From positions 7,634 to 71,633 of the IMG/VR virus record IMGVR_UViG_3300034151_000114: a stretch of 64,000 nt of DNA; one strand, written 5' to 3'. This stretch comes from a virus (Duplodnaviria; Caudoviricetes). The notes under the pieces are model-generated. The model did not search any database. It was not told the DNA's origin and saw nothing but the letters and a program-made list of their open reading frames with translations. A program made the position numbers and the translations under genes. Below, in pieces: positions 18,028-26,394 of the stretch. The number at the start of each line of letters is the position of its first letter. Within the stretch, counting starts at the first letter, position 1.

Positions 18028-18368
18028 CAGGAGCCTCCCATCTTCTCGACCCACGTCCTCGCCAGGCCCGGCGAGATGTCGAACTTTCGGCCCGCCTCGA
18101 AGTGGGAGTGTCCCTGCTCGATGTAGGCGAGGACTTCCAGCTTGAACTCGTCGCTGTGCACCCGACGTTCACGCTGGGGGCGCCTCCGCGGCTCGGACTC
18201 CCGTGTCGCCGCGTAGCGTTCCTTCGCCAGCGTTAGCAGGCACCGGTTCGAGCAGATGTCGATCCCGGAGTTGTCCTTGTCGGCGTAGCTCGCCAGTCGG
18301 ACCCAGTCCGACTGGGTACTGCTGAAGTCCTTACAGACGTCGCACTCGTATCCAGTTACTCGTGCCAT
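18027..18368 (-). CDS. zinc-finger plus HTH protein
   Basis: CDVC...ICSNRC, then RRVHSDEFKLEVL......S..EAGRKFDISPGLARTW. Confidence 0.7.
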   Translation of the reverse strand: MARVTGYECDVCKDFSSTQSDWVRLASYADKDNSGIDICSNRCLLTLAKERYAATRESEPRRRPQRERRVHSDEFKLEVLAYIEQGHSHFEAGRKFDISPGLARTWVEKMGGS

Positions 18369-18369
18369 G

Positions 18370-18546
18370 TCATTTCACCTCTTCCACTTCGATCACTTCG
18401 GGGTTGAGGTCCCAGAACCCCAGATCGGCCACGGCGCGTTTCGCCGCCGCCTCCGGTGAGCGGGCCTTGGCCTTGCGGTACCGCGTGACGCGGATCGTGA
18501 CCACGTAGTCGCGCAGCGTCTTCTTGCCGTTCTTGTCGAGCGTCAC
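18370..18546 (-). CDS. hypothetical protein
   Basis: SD gggagggg before GTG. Confidence 0.6.
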   Translation of the reverse strand: MTLDKNGKKTLRDYVVTIRVTRYRKAKARSPEAAAKRAVADLGFWDLNPEVIEVEEVK

Positions 18547-18568
18547 GAGTCCCCTCCCATGGGATATC

Positions 18569-18597
18569 ACACTAGCACAGTAGTAGACATATGTCTA
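18569..18597 (-). promoter_or_regulatory. sigma70-type promoter with a palindrome over the -35 box
   Basis: Minus strand TAGACA-17nt-TAGTGT with TG extension. Perfect palindrome TAGACATATGTCTA at 18584-18597. Confidence 0.65.
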
Positions 18598-18606
18598 ATC
18601 GAGGTC

Positions 18607-18660
18607 TCGGGTGGGAGTCGCCCCCACCCGAAAGGAAACACGCACTCTCTCGGGTGGGGG
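18607..18660 (-). terminator. terminator- or attenuator-like alternative hairpins
   Basis: cccccacccga (18621-18631) is complementary to tcgggtggggg (18650-18660) and to tcgggtggg (18607-18615). Confidence 0.5.
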
Positions 18661-18717
18661 ACGCTGCCTCCTTGGGGTAAGGATGAATAGGAACCCCCAG
18701 GCTTCTCCCTGGCAGCG

Positions 18718-18867
18718 TTACGCCTTGGGCCGCTCCTGCCGAAGGTTGTAGCCGAGACGGTACCGGGCCTCCTCGTAGGAGTACCCGGCCATCATCAGCT
18801 CGTCGATGTCGCGCAGGATCTCGCCGACCTCGTCGTCGTGCTCGGCCTCGGTCATCTCGTCCGTCAT
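18718..18867 (-). CDS. small acidic hypothetical protein
   Basis: MTDEMTEAEHDDEVGEILRDIDEL..., coupled. Confidence 0.55.
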   Translation of the reverse strand: MTDEMTEAEHDDEVGEILRDIDELMMAGYSYEEARYRLGYNLRQERPKA

Positions 18868-19259
18868 GCTCCCATCGCCCTCTCTGCCCGGTAGGTCGCT
18901 TCCGTGTCGGCCCAGTCGTTGATCCACTCCTGCACCTCGGGCCGGTTCTCGGCCTCGTCGGTCAGCTCGCGGACTTTGCCCGTGCCGCCACAGTCCTCGC
19001 ACGGCCTGCGGTGGTTCATGTAGTCCTCGTAGAAGTCCGGGTCCTCGGCGAAGTCGTCCCACGTGTAGACGCCGGGGTACCCCCCGAGCGTCCCGTCGCC
19101 CTCGCAACGGCTGCAGATCGCCCAGCGCAGGTCCCGCTCTGCGAGCACCGGCTCGTGGACCTGCTCGGACTCGGGGTCCTCGCTGTCCTCGCACGGCCAG
19201 CCGCCGCCGCAGACGACGCAGATCGTGCGCAGCTCGTCGAGCATTTCCTCGTAGGTCAT
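18864..19259 (-). CDS. DnaJ-type CxxCxGxG zinc-finger protein
   Basis: CSRCEGDG and CEDCGGTG. Strong SD. Confidence 0.7.
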   Translation of the reverse strand: MTYEEMLDELRTICVVCGGGWPCEDSEDPESEQVHEPVLAERDLRWAICSRCEGDGTLGGYPGVYTWDDFAEDPDFYEDYMNHRRPCEDCGGTGKVRELTDEAENRPEVQEWINDWADTEATYRAERAMGA

Positions 19260-19277
19260 CGTCTCACCTCCTTCCGG

Positions 19278-19784
19278 TCAGTCACTGCTGTCGCGCATGA
19301 ACTTGTGGCCGCATCGCTTGCACAGGCCCTTGTGGTACCCGCGCTGGTGGTTCGACCCGGCATCGCTGTAGTCGTGGTTGCACCCGATCTCGATCAGGAC
19401 CCCGTCGTGGTACGAGTACTTCCCGTCGGCGCCGCGCGCCCCGTAGTTGGTCCTCGGCTCGGTCACGGCCAGGATGTTGCGCCTCGTCGAATCGTCCTCC
19501 TGCCCCCTGGCTCCGGCCAGGGTGAAGTGGACGTAGACCAGGCTCTGCTCGCTGTCGTTCCAGCCCGTTGCCTTCAACAGCGGCTGCACCTCGGCCGGGA
19601 ACTCGAAGAACCGGACCTGCCGGAACTCGTGCGGTCGAGCGCACAGACCGCCGTAGCGGAACGCCTCCTTCGGATCGGAGAGGTCCACCTCGGTCACCCG
19701 GACCAACTCCAGCTTGTCCGGCCAGCCGTTCCACTTGTGCTCGTTCGTGGTGGCAGCGTCGATGCGCTCTCTCAGGTTGCTCAT
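19278..19784 (-). CDS. hypothetical protein with C-terminal zinc ribbon
   Basis: GCNHDY...CKRCGH. Strong SD. Confidence 0.7.
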   Translation of the reverse strand: MSNLRERIDAATTNEHKWNGWPDKLELVRVTEVDLSDPKEAFRYGGLCARPHEFRQVRFFEFPAEVQPLLKATGWNDSEQSLVYVHFTLAGARGQEDDSTRRNILAVTEPRTNYGARGADGKYSYHDGVLIEIGCNHDYSDAGSNHQRGYHKGLCKRCGHKFMRDSSD

Positions 19785-19802
19785 TTGCTCACCTCCTCTC
19801 GC

Positions 19803-20003
19803 TCATTCGTCCAACTTCCATGATCCCGAGTCGGTGCAATCCAACTCGTTCTCCCACTCGTCCAGGATCTTCAGGTCCCAGGGCTCGATGTCGGCCTCGT
19901 CCCCGACCACGGTCTCCGGGTCGAAGTCATCCTCGACCTCGACTCGAAGGAAGTGCTCGTTGACGGTCGCCCGCCAGCGCTTGAACTCCAAGACCTTCAT
20001 CAC
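19803..20003 (-). CDS. acidic hypothetical protein
   Basis: Coupled ORF. Confidence 0.55.
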   Translation of the reverse strand: MMKVLEFKRWRATVNEHFLRVEVEDDFDPETVVGDEADIEPWDLKILDEWENELDCTDSGSWKLDE

Positions 20004-20308
20004 TCCAGCCAGGCATCGACGTAGACGTAGCCGCCCGTGCGGCGCATCCAGCAGTGGAACGCCCCCTCGGACAGTGAGTTCACGTCCACGTCACGGGCGA
20101 TTGCCGTGACGTGCATGGGGTCATGCTTCTGCAGACGCTCGATCAGAGCGTCGCGCTCGGCCGGGTCGTCGTAGGCGAATCCCTGCCGGTCCGGCACGAC
20201 GTCGAACCACGACCCGTTGTCGATCCAGCGCGCCCCGTAGGCGGCTCGATACGTCTCGGGTAGATGGTTCGCCAGCGAACCGGTTCCCCACCGGTTGTCA
20301 ACTTTCAT
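20000..20308 (-). CDS. hypothetical protein
   Basis: SD aggaggtgaaac. Confidence 0.7.
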   Translation of the reverse strand: MKVDNRWGTGSLANHLPETYRAAYGARWIDNGSWFDVVPDRQGFAYDDPAERDALIERLQKHDPMHVTAIARDVDVNSLSEGAFHCWMRRTGGYVYVDAWLE

Positions 20309-20510
20309 GTTTCACCTCCTCTCGGTCCAGGTCGATCACGATCTCGTGACGGCTCTTGGCCCTGTAGCTCGGAGCGTGCCAGTAGCGGACCACCGTGAAC
20401 ACGTTCGCCGTGCTCCGCGGGTCACGCTGGATGGCGAGTGCCTTGCGAGCAGCCTCGTAAGCCGAGTCGGCGTCGAGGTCGATCTCCCATCGAACGGTGT
20501 ACTCAGGCAT
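20298..20510 (-). CDS. hypothetical protein
   Basis: YTVRWEID.DADS..EAARKAL.IQRDP.S.A.VF.V. Confidence 0.7.
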   Translation of the reverse strand: MPEYTVRWEIDLDADSAYEAARKALAIQRDPRSTANVFTVVRYWHAPSYRAKSRHEIVIDLDREEVKHES

Positions 20511-21186
20511 ATGCCTGTCCCTTCCTCGTCGGCCCCTGCCTGCGGGGCAGGCCCTTGCAGTGCGGCGTAGCGAACTCGATTCGCTTCGCCTCCATCCACG
20601 TGATGGCCTGCACCTGCACGGCGGTCATCCACGGGTACGTGCGGCGCAGCTCGCGGGCAGCGTCCTCGGTGACGATCTCGTAGCTCTCGTAGCGGGTGCC
20701 CGACCCGCCCCGGTCGATCCCCCGCTTCAGCTTCCACGGGCGCATCTCGTTGGCGATCACGTCGGCGAACCGCCCGTCGATCGTCACGTGCTCGCGCAGG
20801 CTCGGCCCGTAGATGTTCCAGAAGAACGCCCACGTCTTGGGCCCGGTCCTCGGGTTGAGCACCTCGGTCGGGTCGCACTCCAGGCAGGCCCGAGCCTTCG
20901 CACGTTGCCTGCCCGTCACGTGCAACGTGTCAGTCCCGTCGACGATGTGGGTCGCTCTAGCGAAGTTGTCGTCGGCGTCCAGGTTCGGCGAGATCGCCGC
21001 CAGGACGCCCGCAGCGTTACGCGTGCTGACCCCGAGCAGCGCCCCGATGGCGACGGCGCTGTTGTGCGCCCGCTCGTACCAGTACCGGCCCTGAGAGAAC
21101 GTCGGTTCAGGCGTCTCCAGGACCATCGTCACCAGCCGGTCCACGACCTTGTCGTGGTTGTCCGGCGTTATGTCGAAGTGGTTCAT
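20503..21186 (-). CDS. DUF7178-like protein (tentatively HhH-glycosylase-like fold)
   Basis: G.YWY..A...A......S...AAGVLAAISP...N...A, GPKT.AF..NI, VTIDG, Y......AA...VQAITW. Confidence 0.55.
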   Translation of the reverse strand: MNHFDITPDNHDKVVDRLVTMVLETPEPTFSQGRYWYERAHNSAVAIGALLGVSTRNAAGVLAAISPNLDADDNFARATHIVDGTDTLHVTGRQRAKARACLECDPTEVLNPRTGPKTWAFFWNIYGPSLREHVTIDGRFADVIANEMRPWKLKRGIDRGGSGTRYESYEIVTEDAARELRRTYPWMTAVQVQAITWMEAKRIEFATPHCKGLPRRQGPTRKGQAYA

Positions 21187-21380
21187 TGCTCCTCCGCTGG
21201 GAAGAACTTGGTGACCTCGCGGTCCCGCTCGTCGGCGGTGGCTTCGCTTACGAACTCCAGCCGCGACTCCGGGTCATCGAAGGCGTCGAGGATCGAGTAT
21301 TCGTCGGCTTCTTCCGGAGCGTCGACGTACCAGGTCTCATGGATGACGGCCGTGCACGTCGTGTGCACTTCGTACCTCAT
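21183..21380 (-). CDS. hypothetical protein
   Basis: Strong SD. Confidence 0.65.
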   Translation of the reverse strand: MRYEVHTTCTAVIHETWYVDAPEEADEYSILDAFDDPESRLEFVSEATADERDREVTKFFPAEEQ

Positions 21381-21393
21381 GTTCCACCTCCTC

Positions 21394-21726
21394 TCAGAGA
21401 TCAGGCCACCAGCGCCAGTCGCCGCACTTGGATGCGGCGTCGCTGGCGTAGGCGGCTGCACTGGACCATGCGGACTCTCCGACGAACGTCTTGGTCCGCA
21501 TGTCCGGGACGTTCTTGAGCCGGACTCGGAAGCTGCCCCCGGCGTAGCGGGTGTTCAGCTTCGTGTCGATCATGTCGGCCTGCTCGACGACGATGGATGC
21601 GGGCTCGGCCTGCACCTCACCACCACCGAGATAGCGGTCGCCTTGGTAGTGGCGCTCCTCGCGGAGCCGCCACTCACCGATCGGCTTGCTGCGGGCTGTC
21701 GGGCAGCCCTTGCGTGTTCGTGTCAC
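21394..21726 (-). CDS. hypothetical protein
   Basis: SD gggaggtg before GTG. Confidence 0.6.
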   Translation of the reverse strand: MTRTRKGCPTARSKPIGEWRLREERHYQGDRYLGGGEVQAEPASIVVEQADMIDTKLNTRYAGGSFRVRLKNVPDMRTKTFVGESAWSSAAAYASDAASKCGDWRWWPDL

Positions 21727-21730
21727 GTTG

Positions 21731-22108
21731 TCACACCTCCCTTCGGAGGTATCGCTGCCACTGATCGGAGACGGACCCGAGGAACGATGTCTCGCCCCCG
21801 TAGTACGCCTTCGCCTCGTCGGTGGCCCAGATGGCAAAGGCCGATTCGCTGACGTCCGGGTAGTCGCCTTCGTCAACGCGGCCCGCTGCGTAGAAGTACG
21901 CAGCGGCCTGGCGTCGTTCGATGTCTCGGCTGCGGGCCAAGGCCGCCCGCTCGGTGTCCTCCATCACATCCTCTCCGGTGAGGGGTCCTAGGTCTCGGTA
22001 CAGGGTTCGTGCTTCGTCTTCAGTGAGATGCACAGTCACCATCTTCTTTCCGAGGGGGTAGGTGACGTCGATGGTGCTGAGTACGGGGTTGCGTTGTGCG
22101 CTGGCCAT
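21731..22108 (-). CDS. hypothetical protein (alternative start 22042)
   Basis: GC3-rich ORF. Confidence 0.55.
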   Translation of the reverse strand: MASAQRNPVLSTIDVTYPLGKKMVTVHLTEDEARTLYRDLGPLTGEDVMEDTERAALARSRDIERRQAAAYFYAAGRVDEGDYPDVSESAFAIWATDEAKAYYGGETSFLGSVSDQWQRYLRREV

Positions 22109-22127
22109 CAGATATCCCCCTTGTAGC

Positions 22128-22283
22128 TCATAGCGACTCCCGGATTTCCTTCCGCAGGTCCTCGACGACTCCGGCCCAATACTTCAGGCCATGGAAGTCG
22201 ACGCTGCCGTCGGGGTGGTCAAGGAGCCATTGCACGTTGCGCTTGGCCTTGTCGAGCCCTTCGATCTTCTCTTGTGTGGTCAT
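22128..22283 (-). CDS. 51-aa hypothetical protein (not in the ORF track)
   Basis: MTTQEKIEGLDKAKRNVQWLLDHPDG.... SD gggagagg. Confidence 0.6.
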   Translation of the reverse strand: MTTQEKIEGLDKAKRNVQWLLDHPDGSVDFHGLKYWAGVVEDLRKEIRESL

Positions 22284-22301
22284 CGCTTCTCCTCTCCCAT
22301 G

Positions 22302-22436
22302 TCAGTGCTCCCTTGAAGTGCTCACGAGCCAGAGGAACAGCTCGAACGCCATGGCGCAGAACACACCGGCGGCGAACGCCGAGCCGGTGGCGACCCAGAC
22401 CATGAGCGCCCAGAAGGCAACCCCTAGCTGGATCAT
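22302..22436 (-). CDS. 44-aa membrane peptide (not in the ORF track)
   Basis: MIQLGVAFWALMVWVATGSAFAAGVFCAMAFELFLWLV. SD ggaggag. Confidence 0.6.
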   Translation of the reverse strand: MIQLGVAFWALMVWVATGSAFAAGVFCAMAFELFLWLVSTSREH

Positions 22437-22654
22437 GGCTCCTCCTCCAGTTCCAGGAACCCGTCGAGGTGGAGCCCTTCGACGATCTCTCCGACCGTCA
22501 GGGTCACCCCGTTGGGCATTGTGATCTCGGCGTCCCAGTCCTCACCGTTCGCCAGGTCGATCGCCCGTAGTGCGCTTGCGTCGAACATCGGGTCGATCGG
22601 CGGGAAGTGGTTGTACCCGAGGTGATGGCGAACCATCATTTCGCGCGCGTACAT
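22433..22654 (-). CDS. hypothetical protein
   Basis: SD ggaggtga. Confidence 0.65.
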   Translation of the reverse strand: MYAREMMVRHHLGYNHFPPIDPMFDASALRAIDLANGEDWDAEITMPNGVTLTVGEIVEGLHLDGFLELEEEP

Positions 22655-22705
22655 CGGTTTCACCTCCAATCGGGATGATGATGATGTGCTCGTCGAGGAA
22701 GTCGC

Positions 22706-23062
22706 TCATACCGTGATCGCCTCCCTGGCGACGCGGCGCACCCAGCGCCGGTCCCTGTCGGACAGGTCGAGGGTCTCGCCCTCGTCATCGACTCCGCCAA
22801 CGACGACGGCGCTACCGGCGATCCAGTCGCCAGCGGGCACGCACCGGTAGCAGTCGTACCGGATCCACACGTCCATGGCGAGCCGGTTCACCGGCAGGCC
22901 GAGGAGCTTGCCCTCCTCGTTGACGTAGATCGTCACGTTCTCGGTCGTGGGGATCGGTTCGATCCAGCCCCCGACCTCCGCTTGTAGTGCGGCCAGTCCG
23001 CCGTCGAACTCGGAGAGCTTGTAGTGCCCCTCGTCGTCGACGGTGATGGTCAGTCCTTTCAT
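22706..23062 (-). CDS. DUF3846-family protein
   Basis: L.ALQ..VGGWIE.I...YVNEEGKL.GLPVN..A...I.G..VV.G..D.EGE...L. Confidence 0.8.
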   Translation of the reverse strand: MKGLTITVDDEGHYKLSEFDGGLAALQAEVGGWIEPIPTTENVTIYVNEEGKLLGLPVNRLAMDVWIRYDCYRCVPAGDWIAGSAVVVGGVDDEGETLDLSDRDRRWVRRVAREAITV

Positions 23063-23074
23063 GATTTCACCTCC

Positions 23075-23272
23075 TCACGTGGTGGTCATCTTCCACTTGC
23101 CGATCGTGTTCCCGTTGACGTCGCGCAGGCGCCCGCCGGTCTGCCCGTCGTGCACCTTGCGGGCGACGTCGTGGATGACGGGGGAGATCGCATTGTCGAT
23201 CAGCTCCCCGTCGTCGTCGTAGAAGGCGTCGTTGTCGATGTCGAACGACATCGACAGTCTCACGGTGCTCAT
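23075..23272 (-). CDS. hypothetical protein
   Basis: IDNDAF...LRDVNGNTIG.W. Strong SD. Confidence 0.7.
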   Translation of the reverse strand: MSTVRLSMSFDIDNDAFYDDDGELIDNAISPVIHDVARKVHDGQTGGRLRDVNGNTIGKWKMTTT

Positions 23273-23508
23273 TTGTCACCTCCCTCTGGTTCGAGTAGCT
23301 CGATCGTGGTCACCTGGCGTGCCAGGTGCATCGGCCATCCGCAGAAGCTGCAGACGACTGGCGTCACGTCCGTGACGGCCCAGTAGTCGCCGCGCTCGGC
23401 GCTGTAGAGCGCCAGGAAGGCGTCGCAGTCCTCGTTGGTGCAGCACATCTGCGGCTGCGGTTGACGAGTGCCGATGGTGTCGGGCAGTTGCCCGTAGGCG
23501 AGGGTCAT
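23269..23508 (-). CDS. zinc-ribbon protein
   Basis: CTNEDC...YSA.RGDYW...CSFCG. Strong SD. Confidence 0.7.
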   Translation of the reverse strand: MTLAYGQLPDTIGTRQPQPQMCCTNEDCDAFLALYSAERGDYWAVTDVTPVVCSFCGWPMHLARQVTTIELLEPEGGDK

Positions 23509-23522
23509 GTTTCACCTCCTCT

Positions 23523-24017
23523 CTAATCCATCCGGCTGCCCGGGTAGGCGTTGATACTGGCTTCACGAAGGACGTTGGCGTACGCCCGTGCGTAGGCCTC
23601 CTTGCGGGCCATCGACTGGCCGAATCCGGAGACCCAGTGCTCGACGCCCCCGTAGTACGCCTTACGGAACCCGGCGTGCTTCTTGGCCCAGATGGCGAAC
23701 GAGCTGTTGCCCGGTCGCACCGTGACCCAAGCGAACCCGCAGGCTCCCTCCGAGACGTACCAGGCGTTGGTGACCGGCGACGTGTCGTCGAGCGGGTGGG
23801 CCCGCCCGACGACGACCATCGGCTCGGGCAGGGCCTCGTTGCCCGCCTTCATCCCGGCCTCGTGAGCACGAGCGACCAGTTCGGAGAACTTGGCGTCGCG
23901 CTCACCGCGCTCGATGCCAGCAGCCTTGATCTTGTGCTTGAACGAGCAGTAGTCGTACTCGCCTTCGGCAGGCAGATCGCAACCGGGCAGGGCGCATGTG
24001 CGTGTCATGGTGTGCAT
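23523..24017 (-). CDS. conserved phage hypothetical protein
   Basis: EGACGFAWVTV.PGNS.FA.W...QSM.RKEAYA.AYA.VL..A.I.AY..SRMD. Confidence 0.75.
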   Translation of the reverse strand: MHTMTRTCALPGCDLPAEGEYDYCSFKHKIKAAGIERGERDAKFSELVARAHEAGMKAGNEALPEPMVVVGRAHPLDDTSPVTNAWYVSEGACGFAWVTVRPGNSSFAIWAKKHAGFRKAYYGGVEHWVSGFGQSMARKEAYARAYANVLREASINAYPGSRMD

Positions 24018-24052
24018 GTTTCACCCCCTCTCGATTTCCTTGGGCCGGGTCG

Positions 24053-24412
24053 TCACTCGGCGAGTGCGGCCTCCAGCTTCTCGGCCTTGGTCTGCACCTC
24101 CAGCTCGACTACGACCTGACGGAGCAGGGCGATCTTCTCCTGGTCGATCGTCAGGTCCAGACCGAACAGCTCGGCCAGCGGGCGCAGGCCCTCCAGCTTC
24201 TCCACGGCGCCAACGGCGTTGGTGACCGTGTACTTGGACAGCTTCTCCGGCTCTCCTGCCTCCCTGGCCTCGGGCGAGCGGTACGCGACGTACGACTCCC
24301 GGGCGCCGTAGAGGTTGTAGCTGGTGCTGGTCCAGGCCTCCCTGACCATGTCGAGCAGTTGGTTGTACTGCGCAACCTCCAGGTCCATCTTGACGGAAAC
24401 GGTGTTGCTCAT
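24053..24412 (-). CDS. hypothetical coiled-coil protein
   Basis: SD ggggtgaaac. Confidence 0.7.
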   Translation of the reverse strand: MSNTVSVKMDLEVAQYNQLLDMVREAWTSTSYNLYGARESYVAYRSPEAREAGEPEKLSKYTVTNAVGAVEKLEGLRPLAELFGLDLTIDQEKIALLRQVVVELEVQTKAEKLEAALAE

Positions 24413-24415
24413 GTT

Positions 24416-24637
24416 TCACCCCCTCTCGGGTGGTGGTAGCGGATGATTGAGGGCGTCGATCAGGGCGGTCTGGTGCTCTACGCACAGGACCATCCAGACG
24501 CCGTCGAGGTTGACCCGGACCTCGCCGGGTCTGCCATCTCCGAGGAAGCAGCGCCCGCTGTCGTGGTCGTCCGGCATGAGCCGGACGCCGAGAGTGCGGT
24601 GTGCTCTGGAGATGACGTTCTCCATCGACACGTTCAT
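24416..24637 (-). CDS. hypothetical protein
   Basis: SD gaggaggag, coupled. Confidence 0.6.
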   Translation of the reverse strand: MNVSMENVISRAHRTLGVRLMPDDHDSGRCFLGDGRPGEVRVNLDGVWMVLCVEHQTALIDALNHPLPPPERG

Positions 24638-24960
24638 TGGCTCCTCCTCGGTGGCTTGAGTTGGTCGGTCCTTTCCCAAACCCACCGGGTCAACCCGGTG
24701 GCGGTCTTGGCGTTGTACGGGACGGCCTCCAGCGAGCCGATGGCGATCTCGTAGAACTGGCGTAGCTCGCTCATCTCCCGGACGATCCGACGCTTGCGGT
24801 TCGCCCGTTGGATCCGGTGCATCTCGGCGACGGAGATCCCGTCCTCGCACCAGCCGCACAGGATGTCCGCCCCGTAGGGCGAGCCGATGTAGTTCCCGTG
24901 CTCGCAGTAGTGGTCGGGGATGCCGTCAGGATGCTGGTGGTACCCCATCTCGATGCTCAT
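24634..24960 (-). CDS. hypothetical protein
   Basis: CEHG...D.LCG.CEDG. Strong SD. Confidence 0.65.
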   Translation of the reverse strand: MSIEMGYHQHPDGIPDHYCEHGNYIGSPYGADILCGWCEDGISVAEMHRIQRANRKRRIVREMSELRQFYEIAIGSLEAVPYNAKTATGLTRWVWERTDQLKPPRRSQ

Positions 24961-25138
24961 GTGTCACCTCCCCGTAGGGGGTCTCGATGTAGCGGTCCCC
25001 GGACAGCGTGCAGTTGCAGCACACGTGCAGAACGGCGCCCTTGCGCTCGACGATGAAGCTGGGGGAGCCCGGGCAGCGTCCGGCCGAATGGTCGAGGGAC
25101 ACGTCCGGGCATTCGCAGAGTTCGGTTGTCTTGGTCAT
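24926..25138 (-). CDS. Cys-rich hypothetical protein
   Basis: CECP...H..GRC...VCCNC. Confidence 0.5.
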   Translation of the reverse strand: MTKTTELCECPDVSLDHSAGRCPGSPSFIVERKGAVLHVCCNCTLSGDRYIETPYGEVTHEHRDGVPPAS

Positions 25139-25305
25139 CGCGCTCTCCCGACGATGTCGTTTCTGGGGACGAACAGCTCTTTAGGCTTGCCGCCCTTGGT
25201 CGTGAAAGCGACCTTGACCCGCGTCGGTGTGACGTGGGTGATGGTGGCGGGGTACAGGTCTCCGTACTTGAGCACGTAGACCCGGTCGCCGACGTGAAGG
25301 TCCAT
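25135..25305 (-). CDS. 56-aa SH3/KOW-like protein (not in the ORF track)
   Basis: MDLHVGDRVYVLKYGDLYPATITHVTPTRVKVAF. SD aggagg. Confidence 0.65.
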   Translation of the reverse strand: MDLHVGDRVYVLKYGDLYPATITHVTPTRVKVAFTTKGGKPKELFVPRNDIVGRAR

Positions 25306-25313
25306 TGGTCCTC

Positions 25314-25622
25314 CTATGGGCAGTGCCGCTCGATCAGCTCGCTGATCGTGGAGCGCTGGTCGTCGGTGAGACTCGCGTCGTAGACCTGGGCGAAGTCCAG
25401 GGAGTTGGAGATGAAGTCCTCACGGGCCGGGTCTCCGGTGCGAGGGATCCCCTCGCAGATGGTGGCCTCGTTCTCCTCCCACAGGCGGAGCAGCGTGGCG
25501 TCATCGACCCCGAACGATGCGCCCGAGACCGGTGCGGTCGCGGGCGTCGGGTCCGAGTGGCCGCCTCCGCTACAGGCCAGTAGGCCGAGCGGGAGGGCGG
25601 CGATCAACAGGTGGCGTTTCAT
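25314..25622 (-). CDS. lipoprotein (possible superinfection-exclusion role)
   Basis: MKRHLLIAALPLGLLAC lipobox followed by a Pro/Thr linker. Confidence 0.75.
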   Translation of the reverse strand: MKRHLLIAALPLGLLACSGGGHSDPTPATAPVSGASFGVDDATLLRLWEENEATICEGIPRTGDPAREDFISNSLDFAQVYDASLTDDQRSTISELIERHCP

Positions 25623-25689
25623 GGTTCACCTCCCTCCAGGAGTAGGCACTCATCCTGGCGGATGGATGCCCACTCCAGGGGGGAGGGAC

Positions 25690-25905
25690 CTAATCGGGCC
25701 AGTCGGCCGCCATCACGATCTGGTTGATCGTGAACCGGGCCATGGAGACGGTGAGGCCCTCACGGCGCAGGGTCCGGTAGGTCCAGCGCAGGACGCGCCG
25801 CGGGTCGCGGGAGAACGTGGAGAAGTCCACGCCGTTCTGGCGATCGATCGGGACGCCCGTCCGGAAAGCGATGTGATGCCGGATCGAGTAATGAGTGGTG
25901 CTCAT
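25690..25905 (-). CDS. hypothetical protein
   Basis: Strong SD. Confidence 0.6.
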   Translation of the reverse strand: MSTTHYSIRHHIAFRTGVPIDRQNGVDFSTFSRDPRRVLRWTYRTLRREGLTVSMARFTINQIVMAADWPD

Positions 25906-26015
25906 GTCTCACCTCCTTCCTGGAGGAGGCACCGGCTGGCGTAGGCCGTCCGAGTCGTCAACTACTCGGGTCCTTCGGTTGACCTTGCCGGTGCCCCCTC
26001 CGGGGGGGAGGGGGG

Positions 26016-26222
26016 CTAGATGGTCGAGCGCTCTACGGCCCGCTCTCCGGCCAGGAGAGCCGTGTAGAGCACCTGGGGGTCGACGCCCTCGCTCAGGAGC
26101 GAGGCGCACATCCCGGCGGCCATGCGATTGGTCTCGGCATTCCAGCCGTCAGGATCGGCGGCCAGGTTGCGGACGATGCTCTCGCGTCGCCTCAGTGTCA
26201 CGTCAGGTGTCAGGCAGGTCAT
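26016..26222 (-). CDS. hypothetical protein, first gene of the leftward early block
   Basis: SD aggaggtgaga before ATG 26222. Confidence 0.65.
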   Translation of the reverse strand: MTCLTPDVTLRRRESIVRNLAADPDGWNAETNRMAAGMCASLLSEGVDPQVLYTALLAGERAVERSTI

Positions 26223-26352
26223 TCTCACCTCCTCGCTTCCCTTTCACCTCTCACCCTGTCAGAGGATGGGAGAGCAGGTCACTGCACATTGGGCAGGGCT
26301 CTGCCAGCCATGGTTGGGCAGAGTCCTCCCCATCATGCAGCCGACCCCGGTA

Positions 26353-26394
26353 GGGGGTACCCCCCCGGGGGGGAGGGGGGGGAGGGGTGGGGGG
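26353..26394 (+). repeat. G-tract cluster (G-quadruplex-capable)
   Basis: GGGGG-TACCCCCCC-G7-A-G8-A-G4-T-G6. The 16-mer ccgggggggagggggg also occurs at 26000-26015. Confidence 0.75.

Noticed and set aside
18027-18368. IS element suggested by a transposase-like HTH
   Set aside because: Only an HTH fused to a zinc finger. There is no DDE/integrase core, inverted repeats or target duplication.
22108-22131. 7-codon micro-ORF MSYKGDI bridging two genes
   Set aside because: It overlaps both neighbours, but is too short to distinguish from chance and may simply host the next gene's SD.
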